64,000 bases of DNA, from assembly GCA_964016885.1 (NCBI GenBank), contig OZ024741.1:272304001-272368000 (forward strand), given 5' to 3'. This DNA is from Eledone cirrhosa (Eukaryota). Under the pieces are notes generated by a model that was not told the DNA's origin, searched no databases, and saw only the letters and a program-made list of their open reading frames with translations. Below are positions 13,084 through 26,528 of the stretch, in pieces. How positions within the stretch are numbered: position 1 is the stretch's first letter; the number at the start of each line of letters is the position of its first letter. The translations under genes were made by a program, and so were the position numbers.

Positions 13084-16000
13084 ATAGCGATTAGGTCTTC
13101 AAAATGTTTATTATAAACATACAGAATATTTTCGAATATTCTATGTCTATATTCACATATATATCGCTATTTCAGAGCATTTATTCCAATTTCTAATTTC
13201 TGCCGGACCGGCAACCGCTCTTTCAAACCAGTTCCTGTACACAGCTAAGTATTCTATAAGTCTCTAGCTGTGTCATTCTCGATAAAAGCACTGGATATGT
13301 AGTCCTGATGAATTCTAACAAGAATGAAACGCGTAGATTACTTCCCTTGCTTTTATCGAGAATCTAATTGTAATACGTGACGTATTCTATTCTATAGCGA
13401 TTAGGTCTTCAAAATGTTTATTATAAACATACAGAATATTTTCGAATATTCTATGTCTATATTCACATATATATCGCTATTTCAGAGCATTTATTCCAAT
13501 TTCTAATTTCTGCCGGACCGGCAACCGCTCTTTCAAACCAGTTCCTGTACACAGCTAAGTATTCTATAAGTCTCTAGCTGTGTCATTCTCGATAAAAGCA
13601 CTGGATATGTAGTCCTGATGAATTCTAACAAGAATGAAACGCGTAGATTACTTCCCTTGCTTTTATCGAGAATCTAATTGTAATACGTGACGTATTCTAT
13701 TCTATAGCGATTAGGTCTTCAAAATGTTTATTATAAACATACAGAATATTTTCGAATATTCTATGTCTATATTCACATATATATCGCTATTTCAGAGCAT
13801 TTATTCCAATTTCTAATTTCTGCCGGACCGGCAACCGCTCTTTCAAACCAGTTCCTGTACACAGCTAAGTATTCTATAAGTCTCTAGCTGTGTCATTCTC
13901 GATAAAAGCACTGGATATGTAGTCCTGATGAATTCTAACAAGAATGAAACGCGTAGATTACTTCCCTTGCTTTTATCGAGAATCTAATTGTAATACGTGA
14001 CGTATTCTATTCTATAGCGATTAGGTCTTCAAAATGTTTATTATAAACATACAGAATATTTTCGAATATTCTATGTCTATATTCACATATATATCGCTAT
14101 TTCAGAGCATTTATTCCAATTTCTAATTTCTGCCGGACCGGCAACCGCTCTTTCAAACCAGTTCCTGTACACAGCTAAGTATTCTATAAGTCTCTAGCTG
14201 TGTCATTCTCGATAAAAGCACTGGATATGTAGTCCTGATGAATTCTAACAAGAATGAAACGCGTAGATTACTTCCCTTGCTTTTATCGAGAATCTAATTG
14301 TAATACGTGACGTATTCTATTCTATAGCGATTAGGTCTTCAAAATGTTTATTATAAACATACAGAATATTTTCGAATATTCTATGTCTATATTCACATAT
14401 ATATCGCTATTTCAGAGCATTTATTCCAATTTCTAATTTCTGCCGGACCGGCAACCGCTCTTTCAAACCAGTTCCTGTACACAGCTAAGTATTCTATAAG
14501 TCTCTAGCTGTGTCATTCTCGATAAAAGCACTGGATATGTAGTCCTGATGAATTCTAACAAGAATGAAACGCGTAGATTACTTCCCTTGCTTTTATAGAA
14601 TCTAATTGTAATACGTGACGTATTCTATTCTATAGCGATTAGGTCTTCAAAATGTTTATTATAAACATACAGAATATTTTCGAATATTCTATGTCTATAT
14701 TCACATATATATCGCTATTTCAGAGCATTTATTCCAATTTCTAATTTCTGCCGGACCGGCAACCGCTCTTTCAAACCAGTTCCTGTACACAGCTAAGTAT
14801 TCTATAAGTCTCTAGCTGTGTCATTCTCGATAAAAGCACTGGATATGTAGTCCTGATGAATTCTAACAAGAATGAAACGCGTAGATTACTTCCCTTGCTT
14901 TTATCGAGAATCTAATTGTAATACGTGACGTATTCTATTCTATAGCGATTAGGTCTTCAAAATGTTTATTATAAACATACAGAATATTTTCGAATATTCT
15001 ATGTCTATATTCACATATATATCGCTATTTCAGAGCATTTATTCCAATTTCTAATTTCTGCCGGACCGGCAACCGCTCTTTCAAACCAGTTCCTGTACAC
15101 AGCTAAGTATTCTATAAGTCTCTAGCTGTGTCATTCTCGATAAAAGCACTGGATATGTAGTCCTGATGAATTCTAACAAGAATGAAACGCGTAGATTACT
15201 TCCCTTGCTTTTATCGAGAATCTAATTGTAATACGTGACGTATTCTATTCTATAGCGATTAGGTCTTCAAAATGTTTATTATAAACATACAGAATATTTT
15301 CGAATATTCTATGTCTATATTCACATATATATCGCTATTTCAGAGCATTTATTCCAATTTCTAATTTCTGCCGGACCGGCAACCGCTCTTTCAAACCAGT
15401 TCCTGTACACAGCTAAGTATTCTATAAGTCTCTAGCTGTGTCATTCTCGATAAAAGCACTGGATATGTAGTCCTGATGAATTCTAACAAGAATGAAACGC
15501 GTAGATTACTTCCCTTGCTTTTATCGAGAATCTAATTGTAATACGTGACGTATTCTATTCTATAGCGATTAGGTCTTCAAAATGTTTATTATAAACATAC
15601 AGAATATTTTCGAATATTCTATGTCTATATTCACATATATATCGCTATTTCAGAGCATTTATTCCAATTTCTAATTTCTGCCGGACCGGCAACCGCTCTT
15701 TCAAACCAGTTCCTGTACACAGCTAAGTATTCTATAAGTCTCTAGCTGTGTCATTCTCGATAAAAGCACTGGATATGTAGTCCTGATGAATTCTAACAAG
15801 AATGAAACGCGTAGATTACTTCCCTTGCTTTTATCGAGAATCTAATTGTAATACGTGACGTATTCTATTCTATAGCGATTAGGTCTTCAAAATGTTTATT
15901 ATAAACATACAGAATATTTTCGAATATTCTATGTCTATATTCACATATATATCGCTATTTCAGAGCATTTATTCCAATTTCTAATTTCTGCCGGACCGGC

Positions 16001-19000
16001 AACCGCTCTTTCAAACCAGTTCCTGTACACAGCTAAGTATTCTATAAGTCTCTAGCTGTGTCATTCTCGATAAAAGCACTGGATATGTAGTCCTGATGAA
16101 TTCTAACAAGAATGAAACGCGTAGATTACTTCCCTTGCTTTTATCGAGAATCTAATTGTAATACGTGACGTATTCTATTCTATAGCGATTAGGTCTTCAA
16201 AATGTTTATTATAAACATACAGAATATTTTCGAATATTCTATGTCTATATTCACATATATATCGCTATTTCAGAGCATTTATTCCAATTTCTAATTTCTG
16301 CCGGACCGGCAACCGCTCTTTCAAACCAGTTCCTGTACACAGCTAAGTATTCTATAAGTCTCTAGCTGTGTCATTCTCGATAAAAGCACTGGATATGTAG
16401 TCCTGATGAATTCTAACAAGAATGAAACGCGTAGATTACTTCCCTTGCTTTTATCGAGAATCTAATTGTAATACGTGACGTATTCTATTCTATAGCGATT
16501 AGGTCTTCAAAATGTTTATTATAAACATACAGAATATTTTCGAATATTCTATGTCTATATTCACATATATATCGCTATTTCAGAGCATTTATTCCAATTT
16601 CTAATTTCTGCCGGACCGGCAACCGCTCTTTCAAACCAGTTCCTGTACACAGCTAAGTATTCTATAAGTCTCTAGCTGTGTCATTCTCGATAAAAGCACT
16701 GGATATGTAGTCCTGATGAATTCTAACAAGAATGAAACGCGTAGATTACTTCCCTTGCTTTTATCGAGAATCTAATTGTAATACGTGACGTATTCTATTC
16801 TATAGCGATTAGGTCTTCAAAATGTTTATTATAAACATACAGAATATTTTCGAATATTCTATGTCTATATTCACATATATATCGCTATTTCAGAGCATTT
16901 ATTCCAATTTCTAATTTCTGCCGGACCGGCAACCGCTCTTTCAAACCAGTTCCTGTACACAGCTAAGTATTCTATAAGTCTCTAGCTGTGTCATTCTCGA
17001 TAAAAGCACTGGATATGTAGTCCTGATGAATTCTAACAAGAATGAAACGCGTAGATTACTTCCCTTGCTTTTATCGAGAATCTAATTGTAATACGTGACG
17101 TATTCTATTCTATAGCGATTAGGTCTTCAAAATGTTTATTATAAACATACAGAATATTTTCGAATATTCTATGTCTATATTCACATATATATCGCTATTT
17201 CAGAGCATTTATTCCAATTTCTAATTTCTGCCGGACCGGCAACCGCTCTTTCAAACCAGTTCCTGTACACAGCTAAGTATTCTATAAGTCTCTAGCTGTG
17301 TCATTCTCGATAAAAGCACTGGATATGTAGTCCTGATGAATTCTAACAAGAATGAAACGCGTAGATTACTTCCCTTGCTTTTATCGAGAATCTAATTGTA
17401 ATACGTGACGTATTCTATTCTATAGCGATTAGGTCTTCAAAATGTTTATTATAAACATACAGAATATTTTCGAATATTCTATGTCTATATTCACATATAT
17501 ATCGCTATTTCAGAGCATTTATTCCAATTTCTAATTTCTGCCGGACCGGCAACCGCTCTTTCAAACCAGTTCCTGTACACAGCTAAGTATTCTATAAGTC
17601 TCTAGCTGTGTCATTCTCGATAAAAGCACTGGATATGTAGTCCTGATGAATTCTAACAAGAATGAAACGCGTAGATTACTTCCCTTGCTTTTATCGAGAA
17701 TCTAATTGTAATACGTGACGTATTCTATTCTATAGCGATTAGGTCTTCAAAATGTTTATTATAAACATACAGAATATTTTCGAATATTCTATGTCTATAT
17801 TCACATATATATCGCTATTTCAGAGCATTTATTCCAATTTCTAATTTCTGCCGGACCGGCAACCGCTCTTTCAAACCAGTTCCTGTACACAGCTAAGTAT
17901 TCTATAAGTCTCTAGCTGTGTCATTCTCGATAAAAGCACTGGATATGTAGTCCTGATGAATTCTAACAAGAATGAAACGCGTAGATTACTTCCCTTGCTT
18001 TTATCGAGAATCTAATTGTAATACGTGACGTATTCTATTCTATAGCGATTAGGTCTTCAAAATGTTTATTATAAACATACAGAATATTTTCGAATATTCT
18101 ATGTCTATATTCACATATATATCGCTATTTCAGAGCATTTATTCCAATTTCTAATAAAAGCACTGGATATGTAGTCCTGATGAATTCTAACAAGAATGAA
18201 ACGCGTAGATTACTTCCCTTGCTTTTATCGAGAATCTAATTGTAATACGTGACGTATTCTATTCTATAGCGATTAGGTCTTCAAAATGTTTATTATAAAC
18301 ATACAGAATATTTTCGAATATTCTATGTCTATATTCACATATATATCGCTATTTCAGAGCATTTATTCCAATTTCTAATTTCTGCCGGACCGGCAACCGC
18401 TCTTTCAAACCAGTTCCTGTACACAGCTAAGTATTCTATAAGTCTCTAGCTGTGTCATTCTCGATAAAAGCACTGGATATGTAGTCCTGATGAATTCTAA
18501 CAAGAATGAAACGCGTAGATTACTTCCCTTGCTTTTATCGAGAATCTAATTGTAATACGTGACGTATTCTATTCTATAGCGATTAGGTCTTCAAAATGTT
18601 TATTATAAACATACAGAATATTTTCGAATATTCTATGTCTATATTCACATATATATCGCTATTTCAGAGCATTTATTCCAATTTCTAATTTCTGCCGGAC
18701 CGGCAACCGCTCTTTCAAACCAGTTCCTGTACACAGCTAAGTATTCTATAAGTCTCTAGCTGTGTCATTCTCGATAAAAGCACTGGATATGTAGTCCTGA
18801 TGAATTCTAACAAGAATGAAACGCGTAGATTACTTCCCTTGCTTTTATCGAGAATCTAATTGTAATACGTGACGTATTCTATTCTATAGCGATTAGGTCT
18901 TCAAAATGTTTATTATAAACATACAGAATATTTTCGAATATTCTATGTCTATATTCACATATATATCGCTATTTCAGAGCATTTATTCCAATTTCTAATT

Positions 19001-19574
19001 TCTGCCGGACCGGCAACCGCTCTTTCAAACCAGTTCCTGTACACAGCTAAGTATTCTATAAGTCTCTAGCTGTGTCATTCTCGATAAAAGCACTGGATAT
19101 GTAGTCCTGATGAATTCTAACAAGAATGAAACGCGTAGATTACTTCCCTTGCTTTTATCGAGAATCTAATTGTAATACGTGACGTATTCTATTCTATAGC
19201 GATTAGGTCTTCAAAATGTTTATTATAAACATACAGAATATTTTCGAATATTCTATGTCTATATTCACATATATATCGCTATTTCAGAGCATTTATTCCA
19301 ATTTCTAATTTCTGCCGGACCGGCAACCGCTCTTTCAAACCAGTTCCTGTACACAGCTAAGTATTCTATAAGTCTCTAGCTGTGTCATTCTCGATAAAAG
19401 CACTGGATATGTAGTCCTGATGAATTCTAACAAGAATGAAACGCGTAGATTACTTCCCTTGCTTTTATCGAGAATCTAATTGTAATACGTGACGTATTCT
19501 ATTCTATAGCGATTAGGTCTTCAAAATGTTTATTATAAACATACAGAATATTTTCGAATATTCTATGTCTATAT
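13082..19574 (+). repeat. 310-bp hammerhead satellite, right arm (21 HHRs on plus strand)
   Basis: CTGATGA at 13305, 13615 ... 19417; one 308-bp unit (CG deletion ~14597) and one 224-bp unit (86-bp deletion ~18155); ends in (TA)n. Confidence 0.97.
13275..13363 (+). ncRNA. Type I hammerhead ribozyme (representative of 26 copies)
   Basis: Stem I GTAGTC/GATTAC; CTGATGA; stem II ATTCT-AACA-AGAAT; GAA; palindromic stem III ACGCGT; predicted cut after GUA at 13335; distal 16-bp perfect helix ATTCTCGATAAAAGCA/TGCTTTTATCGAGAAT. Confidence 0.9.
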
Positions 19575-19582
19575 ATATATAT

Positions 19583-19810
19583 ATATTTATTAAAATAACA
19601 GATTAAAGTTTGAGCAAAGAATTACTGCTTTCACCATTAACGGGATCTTCTGAAGATCCCGTTAAGGGTGAAAGCAGCGATTCTTTGCTTAAACTTTAAT
19701 CTGTTATTTTAATAAATATTTGCTCTATGGTTCTTATATATTTGATATATAGTTATCCTTATTGAGTCCTCTTTGGATTTTAGTCTTCACATTTATTATT
19801 ATTACTAATA
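19583..19810 (+). mobile_element. PLE-like terminal-repeat fragment with 5' inverted segment (fold-back centred at 19651)
   Basis: 19583-19650 is an imperfect inverted copy of 19652-19719; same family at 31830-32030, 33262-33320, 61455-61710. Confidence 0.7.
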
Positions 19811-20316
19811 TGTGTGTGTGTGTGTCAAATAAAAAAAATAAAAAATGGAATTAAAGACTTGCATTAATTACCTTGTGATTTAATAAGCTCAAGGAATAGA
19901 ATCCAGATTCTTTATAAAACTGCATAGAGAGAGAAGTAGACATAGAGGTATGTGTTCAATCATCGGGGATAAAAAACCACCAGTGTGATGAACATATTAA
20001 CTTCGAAAAGGTGAATTTCAATTAAAAGAATAAATTAAAGAAAGGCTATCCTATCACCCAGGGGCTTCGTTTGCCTTTAAAATGTGAGGGGGACAAACCA
20101 ACATTTGTTGATTCTTAAAGGAGCATAAATTGCTTATGGTGCCTTTCCCATAAGTAAAATGTTACGCTAGTCAAATTTTATATATTCAAATAAAATTCAG
20201 ATATTAAAAAAATAAGCTTAAAAAGAATTTATTATATCAAATAAACAAAATTTTCAGTTTTTAGCAAATGGATGTAAATATCGAACAAAATTCAATACCT
20301 ATTGTAACTTAGGGGT

Positions 20317-22012
20317 ATCATCATCATCATCATCATCATCATCGTTTAACGTCCATCTTCCAAGCTAGCATGGGTTTAGACGGGAATTGTCCCACTTGAG
20401 GCAAGATTGGTTGTCTCGCTCGTATAGGATTGTCTGGCGGGTTTTCTACGGCTGGATGCCCTTCCTAACACCAACCACGTTTACAGTGTGGACTGGGAGG
20501 TTTTTACTGTGTTACCTACACGGCCACATTACAGCGTGGACTGTGTTTTTTTTTTTTGTCGTGACACCTACACAACCTCATTTGTTTCGGACTGGATGTT
20601 GTGGTACCAACATAACTTTACAGAGAAAGGGGTGGGGGAGTTGGGGTAGTGGGAGGGGGTGTATATTTGATTAAGAGGTGCCTACTGACTGTAGGTTTCG
20701 CTTTGTACTTAGGCAAGGTGGGTTTTCTGTATTACTGCGTAGCGCCAACGATCTCGGTCCAGTGACATTGTCTTGGAGCGGTGCAAGTGTGTAAGGTCGG
20801 AATTTATCAAGTCGTCCCAGGTTTTTCTGGGTCTGCCTACTCCGTAACTTCCGTCAATTTTGATCGCCCTGCACTTTTTTATACAGCTGTCATCTTTCAT
20901 GCGCATCACGTGACCATACCAACGTAGTCTTCTCTCGAGTAAACAGCATCTGATCCCTCCAATTCCTAATTTCTCACTTAGTTCATTTATGCTTTGCTGT
21001 TCATGTATATTACTATTACACATGCAGCGGAGCATGCAAGCTTCATTCCTCTCCAGCCTGCGCAGATCTTCTGCACACAATACCCATTTCTCACTGCCAT
21101 GTAACATAGCTGTTCGTATGCAGGCCTCATACAGTCTGCCTTTCATTTTTAGAGAGAAACCTTTAGCGGCCAATAGTGGTATAAGCTCTCCGAACTTTTT
21201 CCATCCCGTTCTGACTCTGACTACTGTACTTTCTGAGCACCCTCCACCACTGCTGATTTTGTCACCCAGGTAACGGAAGGTGTCCACTATTTCTATAGAG
21301 CGATCTGGGCAATAGAAGAAGCTAGTATCCTGTGGGTGCTTGCTACTTATTGCACCTGAGCACTGGCCACATATAGAATCTACGTTCTTAGATAGCTTAC
21401 CTGTGATCCCACTACATCTTTTATGCACCCATACTTTGCATTTGTGACATAAAATGGAATTTCTGCCTACTCCTTTCCTACTCACTGAGCATGGTCATTT
21501 CCCAGTGGGGACCTGTGCCCTATTTTCCTTCCTACATACTAGAACTTTAGTCTTAGACAGGTTAACTTTAAGGCCTTTTGATTCTAGGCCGTGCTTCCAT
21601 GTTTGGAATTTCTTCTCTAGTTCATCCATCGATTCAGCTATGAGCGTTAGATCAACTGCATAGAGTAGTTCCCATGGGCAGCCGGTCTTGAACTCCTCTG
21701 TTATAGCCTGAAGGGCAATAATAAATAAATAGGATGGGGCTAAGGACAGAGCCCTGATGAACACCAACTTTTACACTAAATTCTTCACTATATTCGTTGT
21801 TAATTTTAACCTTGCTGACTGTTTCTTTATACATTGCTTGTATAGCTCTCACAAGCCATTCATCAGCCACTAGTTTTCTAAGGGCCCACAAGATAATGGC
21901 GTGGGGGACTCTGTCAAATTCTTTCTCCAAATCAACAAAAGCTAAGTATAGGGGTTTACTTTTAACTAGGTACTTTTCCTGTAATTGTCGTACAAGGAAA
22001 AGGGCGTCTGTG
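20317..22012 (-). mobile_element. Decayed 5'-truncated RTE LINE, same family as 2550-5241
   Basis: (ATC)n tail at 20317-20343; ORF fragments 21652-21930, 21495-21767 and 20709-21485 align with the first copy across frameshifts. Confidence 0.93.
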
Positions 22013-23530
22013 CAGGTATATCACCCTGCTTGACACCATTTTCAACCGAGATTGGCTCAGACAGTTTACCTCCAACATTCACCCATGCCTGCATATCATC
22101 GTGGAAGAGTTTCAGAATATTCACAAACTTTTCAGGACAGCCCAATCTCTCCAAAATAACCAACAAAGCCTTCCGATTAATGGTGTCAAATGCCTTGGTC
22201 AGATGCACTGCTCAATGCATTTCTCCTGAAGTTGTTTGGCCGAGAAGATCATGTCAACAGTGCCTCTGCCATTCCTAAAACCACATTGGGACTCAGGAAG
22301 TACCTCAACAGCAATGTGCTGTATCAATCTATCCAACAAATTCCTGCACAAGATCTTCCCAGCCACATATAGCAGTGAAATACCTTTGTCGTTGCCACAG
22401 TCATCTTTGGCTCCCTTCCTTTGTAAAGTACCACCATCAATGCATCTTTCCAACCCTGTGGCACATCTTCATTCCAAACATTCACAAAGAGATCAGTGAG
22501 GCGGTTTAAGAAGTTATCACCAGCACACTTGAAAATGTTGGCACTTAGACCATCCATTCCAGGTGACTTACCGCTGTTTAATTTGGCAATGGCCTTTGCC
22601 ACCTCATCAAATGAAGGAGGCTCAGCCATTGCCAGCTTTGTAGGTCTGGATGGAATCTACCGGATGAACTCAACATCAATTCCTCATGGTCTGTTGAGAA
22701 GCTCATCAAAGTGGTCATGCCACCTGATCAGGATTTCCTTTGGATCTCTGAGCAATTCCTTGCTGTCCTCGGAGCGAAGTGGTGATATTTGTGAACCGGT
22801 CGGACCATATACAGACTGTATAGGAGCTTTGTATCATGTCTATCTGAGGCCTTCTCGATTTCATCAGCCTTTTGGCTCCACCAGGTATCCTGCATGGGTC
22901 TCAATCGATGTTGCACACGTGCCTTGATCTGCCTGAAGCTCGATCACTCCCGTCAGAATGTGTCTCACGCAACAATGATGTCAGCATTTTTTGTTTCTAT
23001 TCAAGCAAGGTCTGGATCACTGCATCATTTTAATTGAACCAGTCTTTATGCTTTCTATTGGTATGACCCAAAACTCCAGCACTAACATCATAGACGGTTT
23101 TCTTCAATAATTCCCACGTGTTTTCACATTCCATGGACTCAAGGGACCTCGACAGCTCAGCTCTGACTTTCTCTGTTTTCAGATGAGCCACGTTTAGTTG
23201 TTTTGGAATTACAACCTTCTTCCCCGTTACTTTGGGCTTCACAACAAATTGAAACTTGGCGTGCACCAGACGATGATCAGTCCAACATTCCGCGCCTCGC
23301 AATACATGAACCAATGTGATATCCTTGATATCACGTTTCCTCGTTAAAACAAAGTCAATAAGGGAACCTGGATGCATCCACGTTTTCTTATATTTGTCTT
23401 TCTGCTGAAAGAGCGTGTTCCCAACAACAAGATCCATCTCAGTGCACATCTGCAACAGAAGTAGGCCATTGTTATTGCACTTACCTAATCCATGCCTGCC
23501 CATCACACTCCAAGCTTCCCAGTCATTACC
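22013..23530 (-). mobile_element. Decayed second RTE-clade LINE (BovB-like): AP-endonuclease C-terminus plus RT N-terminus
   Basis: GRHGLGKCNNNG, TWMHP, IDFVL, ECWTDH; GKSPGMDG; LPESQCGFR..RGTVDMIF; KAFDTINR; GVKQG. Confidence 0.85.
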
Positions 23531-24634
23531 AATCACATACATACTTACATTGAGAATGTAATGAGCAGTAGTTCCAATGTTGAAAAAAATTGAACATTTG
23601 AATGTGTGCACGTGTGTTTGTGTGTGTGTGTGTGAGTGAGTGAGTGCATGTGTGTTTGAGTGTGTATGGGAGACTAAGAAATAGAACAATGGAAGAAGGA
23701 AAAACCACATTACGTCATGTTGAGTAGATAGTGGTGTTTTTATATACTATTGTATAATGGTAAATATGGAGAGAGGGGGAGGGGAGGTTGAGCGAGAGAG
23801 AGAGGGAGGGGAGGTTGAGAGAGAGAGAGGGAATGAAGGGGGTGAGAGATGGAGAGGAGGAGGTTGAGAAAGAGGGAATTGGAGGGGGAGTTTGAGAGAG
23901 AGAGGGAGGGAATCGGAGGGGGGGGGGGTGAAAGAGAGAGAGAGGGGGGATGGAGAGCATTAGAGAGGAGGGAGGAGATGGAGTACATGAGAGAGTGAGA
24001 GGGGGAGGGGGGAGATGGAGTGCATGAGAGAGTACTGTGTTGTTTTTCAAGTTGGTGAGAAGATATTCTTGTTTTAAATTTTTAAATTTTCCTCCCGTCT
24101 TCCTGATATTTCACAATCCCTACAAACATCCACTGAACAACAGTACTAACAAACACCTCCTCCATTTTCTTAATTTATGGCTTTCTTTCTATCACCTGCT
24201 CTCTCTAGTTCTATCTCTCTCTTTCTCTATTTGTCTCTCACACTGCTCTTTCTCTCTCATTCACTCTCTCCCTCCTCTCTCTCTACCCCTCCACTCTCTC
24301 TTACTTCCCTCTCCAACCCCCTCTCTCTCTTTTTCACCCCCCTCTCCAACCCCCTCTCTCTCTTTTTCACCCCCCTCTCTCTCCTGCACTGTCCTTCATT
24401 AGAAATATGGTAATGACAGGGTTAAACTCAACACACATACACACACATACAGGCACACTATCACACACATACACAAAGAGAGGGAGAAAGAGATGGGGAA
24501 TGAAGAGAGAGAGCTAGCGGGAGAGAGGGGAGATAAAGAGCGAGGATGAGGAAGGAAGAGAGAGAATGACAGCGAGGAAAAGAGAGAGTGGGTGAGAGAG
24601 GAAAGGTGTCCACCATGAATTGGATGTGTCGGCC

Positions 24635-25022
24635 GTTAGACTGCGGCCATGCTAGGGCACCACATTCTTTTACTCTTTGAGTGGTTACAGTCATTAGACT
24701 ACGCCCATGCTGGGGCGCCACATTCTTTTATTGGTTACAGTCATTAGACTACGCCCATGCTAGGGCACCACATTCTTTTACTCTTTGAGTGGTTACAGTC
24801 ATTAGACTACGCCCATGCTGGGGCGCCACATTCTTTTATTGGTTACAGTCATTATACTAAGGCCATGCTGGGGCGCCACATTCTTTTATTGGTTACAGTC
24901 ATTAGACTGAGGCCATGCTGGGAACCACATTCTTTTACTGGTTACAGTCATTATACTAAGGCCATGCTGGGGCACTACAATCTTTTACTGGTTACAATCA
25001 TTAGACTAAGGCCATGCTGGGG
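24635..25022. repeat. ~50/58-bp minisatellite
   Basis: GGTTACAGTCATTAGACT..GCCATGCTGGGGCGCCACATTCTTTTA repeated ~7 times. Confidence 0.9.
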
Positions 25023-25592
25023 CTTGTCCAACCACTACGTTATGAACCATAAACACAGGCACAAACGTATATTTAGACATGGACACATACATATACAGAT
25101 ACATACACACATGCATACATACACTCATACATATACATATACACACATACATACACACGTACATAAATACATACATGCACACATATACATACACATATAC
25201 ATAGACACACATAACAATACACATACATACATACATACATTCATACATACGTTCAAACATACATACATACATGATGGTTGCAACTTGATTTCAAGTAATG
25301 CCATCGCATAATACTTAAGTATGAGCATCATGGACGTGGCTTTTTAGAGCAATGCCATGCATCGCAAAACATTTCACATATCAAGTGGTGCCTGTGCTTG
25401 AAGCTTTTTTGAGTGAGGAAAGGCTTTGCACGGAGCCAATCCCACTCTCTGAACATTGAATGCATTTACCCAAAAAGAAGAACTCGTCTACATCATTGGA
25501 TACAAATGAAGTCGCAGGTTTTATATCAGAGTGACCTTCTCCTAGAGAGATGTCTTAATGAAGACAGGCCTTGTTTTTTATCCTGCTGGGTG

Positions 25593-25954
25593 CCTAAAAT
25601 CACCCTCCTCACCTAAAATCACCCTCCTCACCTAAAATCACCCTCCTCACCTAAAATCACCCTCCTCACCTAAAATCACCCTCCTCACCTAAAATCACCC
25701 TCCTCACCTAAAATCACCCTCCTCACCTAAAATCACCCTCCTCACCTAAAATCACCCTCCTCACCTAAAATCACCCTCCTCACCTAAAATCACCCTCCTC
25801 ACCTAAAATCACCCTCCTCACCTAAAATCACCCTCCTCACCTAAAATCACCCTCCTCACCTAAAATCACCCTCCTCACCTAAAATCACCCTCCTCACCTA
25901 AAATCACCCTCCTCACCTAAAATCACCCTCCTCACCTAAAATCACCCTCCTCAC
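25593..25954. repeat. Perfect 19-bp minisatellite (CCTAAAATCACCCTCCTCA) x ~19
   Basis: Directly visible exact tandem repeat. Confidence 0.97.
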
Positions 25955-26142
25955 CAAGAAAACTTGGTGGGATTGCCAGTTTTGACACTGACAATCCAAC
26001 CATACACAGGTTGTACTGGGTTATATTTTACTAGTAGCGCTGAAGTGCGACTTGATACATACATACATACACACACACACACATACATACATACATACAC
26101 ACACATATACACATACATTCACATATATATACATACACACAC

Positions 26143-26173
<31 letters not shown>

Positions 26174-26528
26174 CACATACATTCACACATACATACATAC
26201 ATACACACATAATACACACATGCATGCATACATACTCATACATACACATACATACATACATACACACACATAATACACACATGCATGCATGCATACATAC
26301 ATACACTCATACATTCACACATACATACACACACACACACACACATACATACATACATACATACATACATACATACACACATATACACATACATTCACAC
26401 ATACATATATATATACACACACAATACACACATGCATGCATACATACATACATACACTCATACATACACACACAAATATTTTTAATTATTGATTTATTTA
26501 TTCATTTAATTTTTTACTTATATTTCAG

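Noticed and set aside
23715-24413. Pro/Ser/Leu-rich ORFs
   Set aside because: Low-complexity GA/CT tracts with no splice or domain support.
25593-25954. 19-bp repeat as interstitial telomere
   Set aside because: Contains TTTTAGG on the minus strand but no TTAGGG tandem; ordinary minisatellite.
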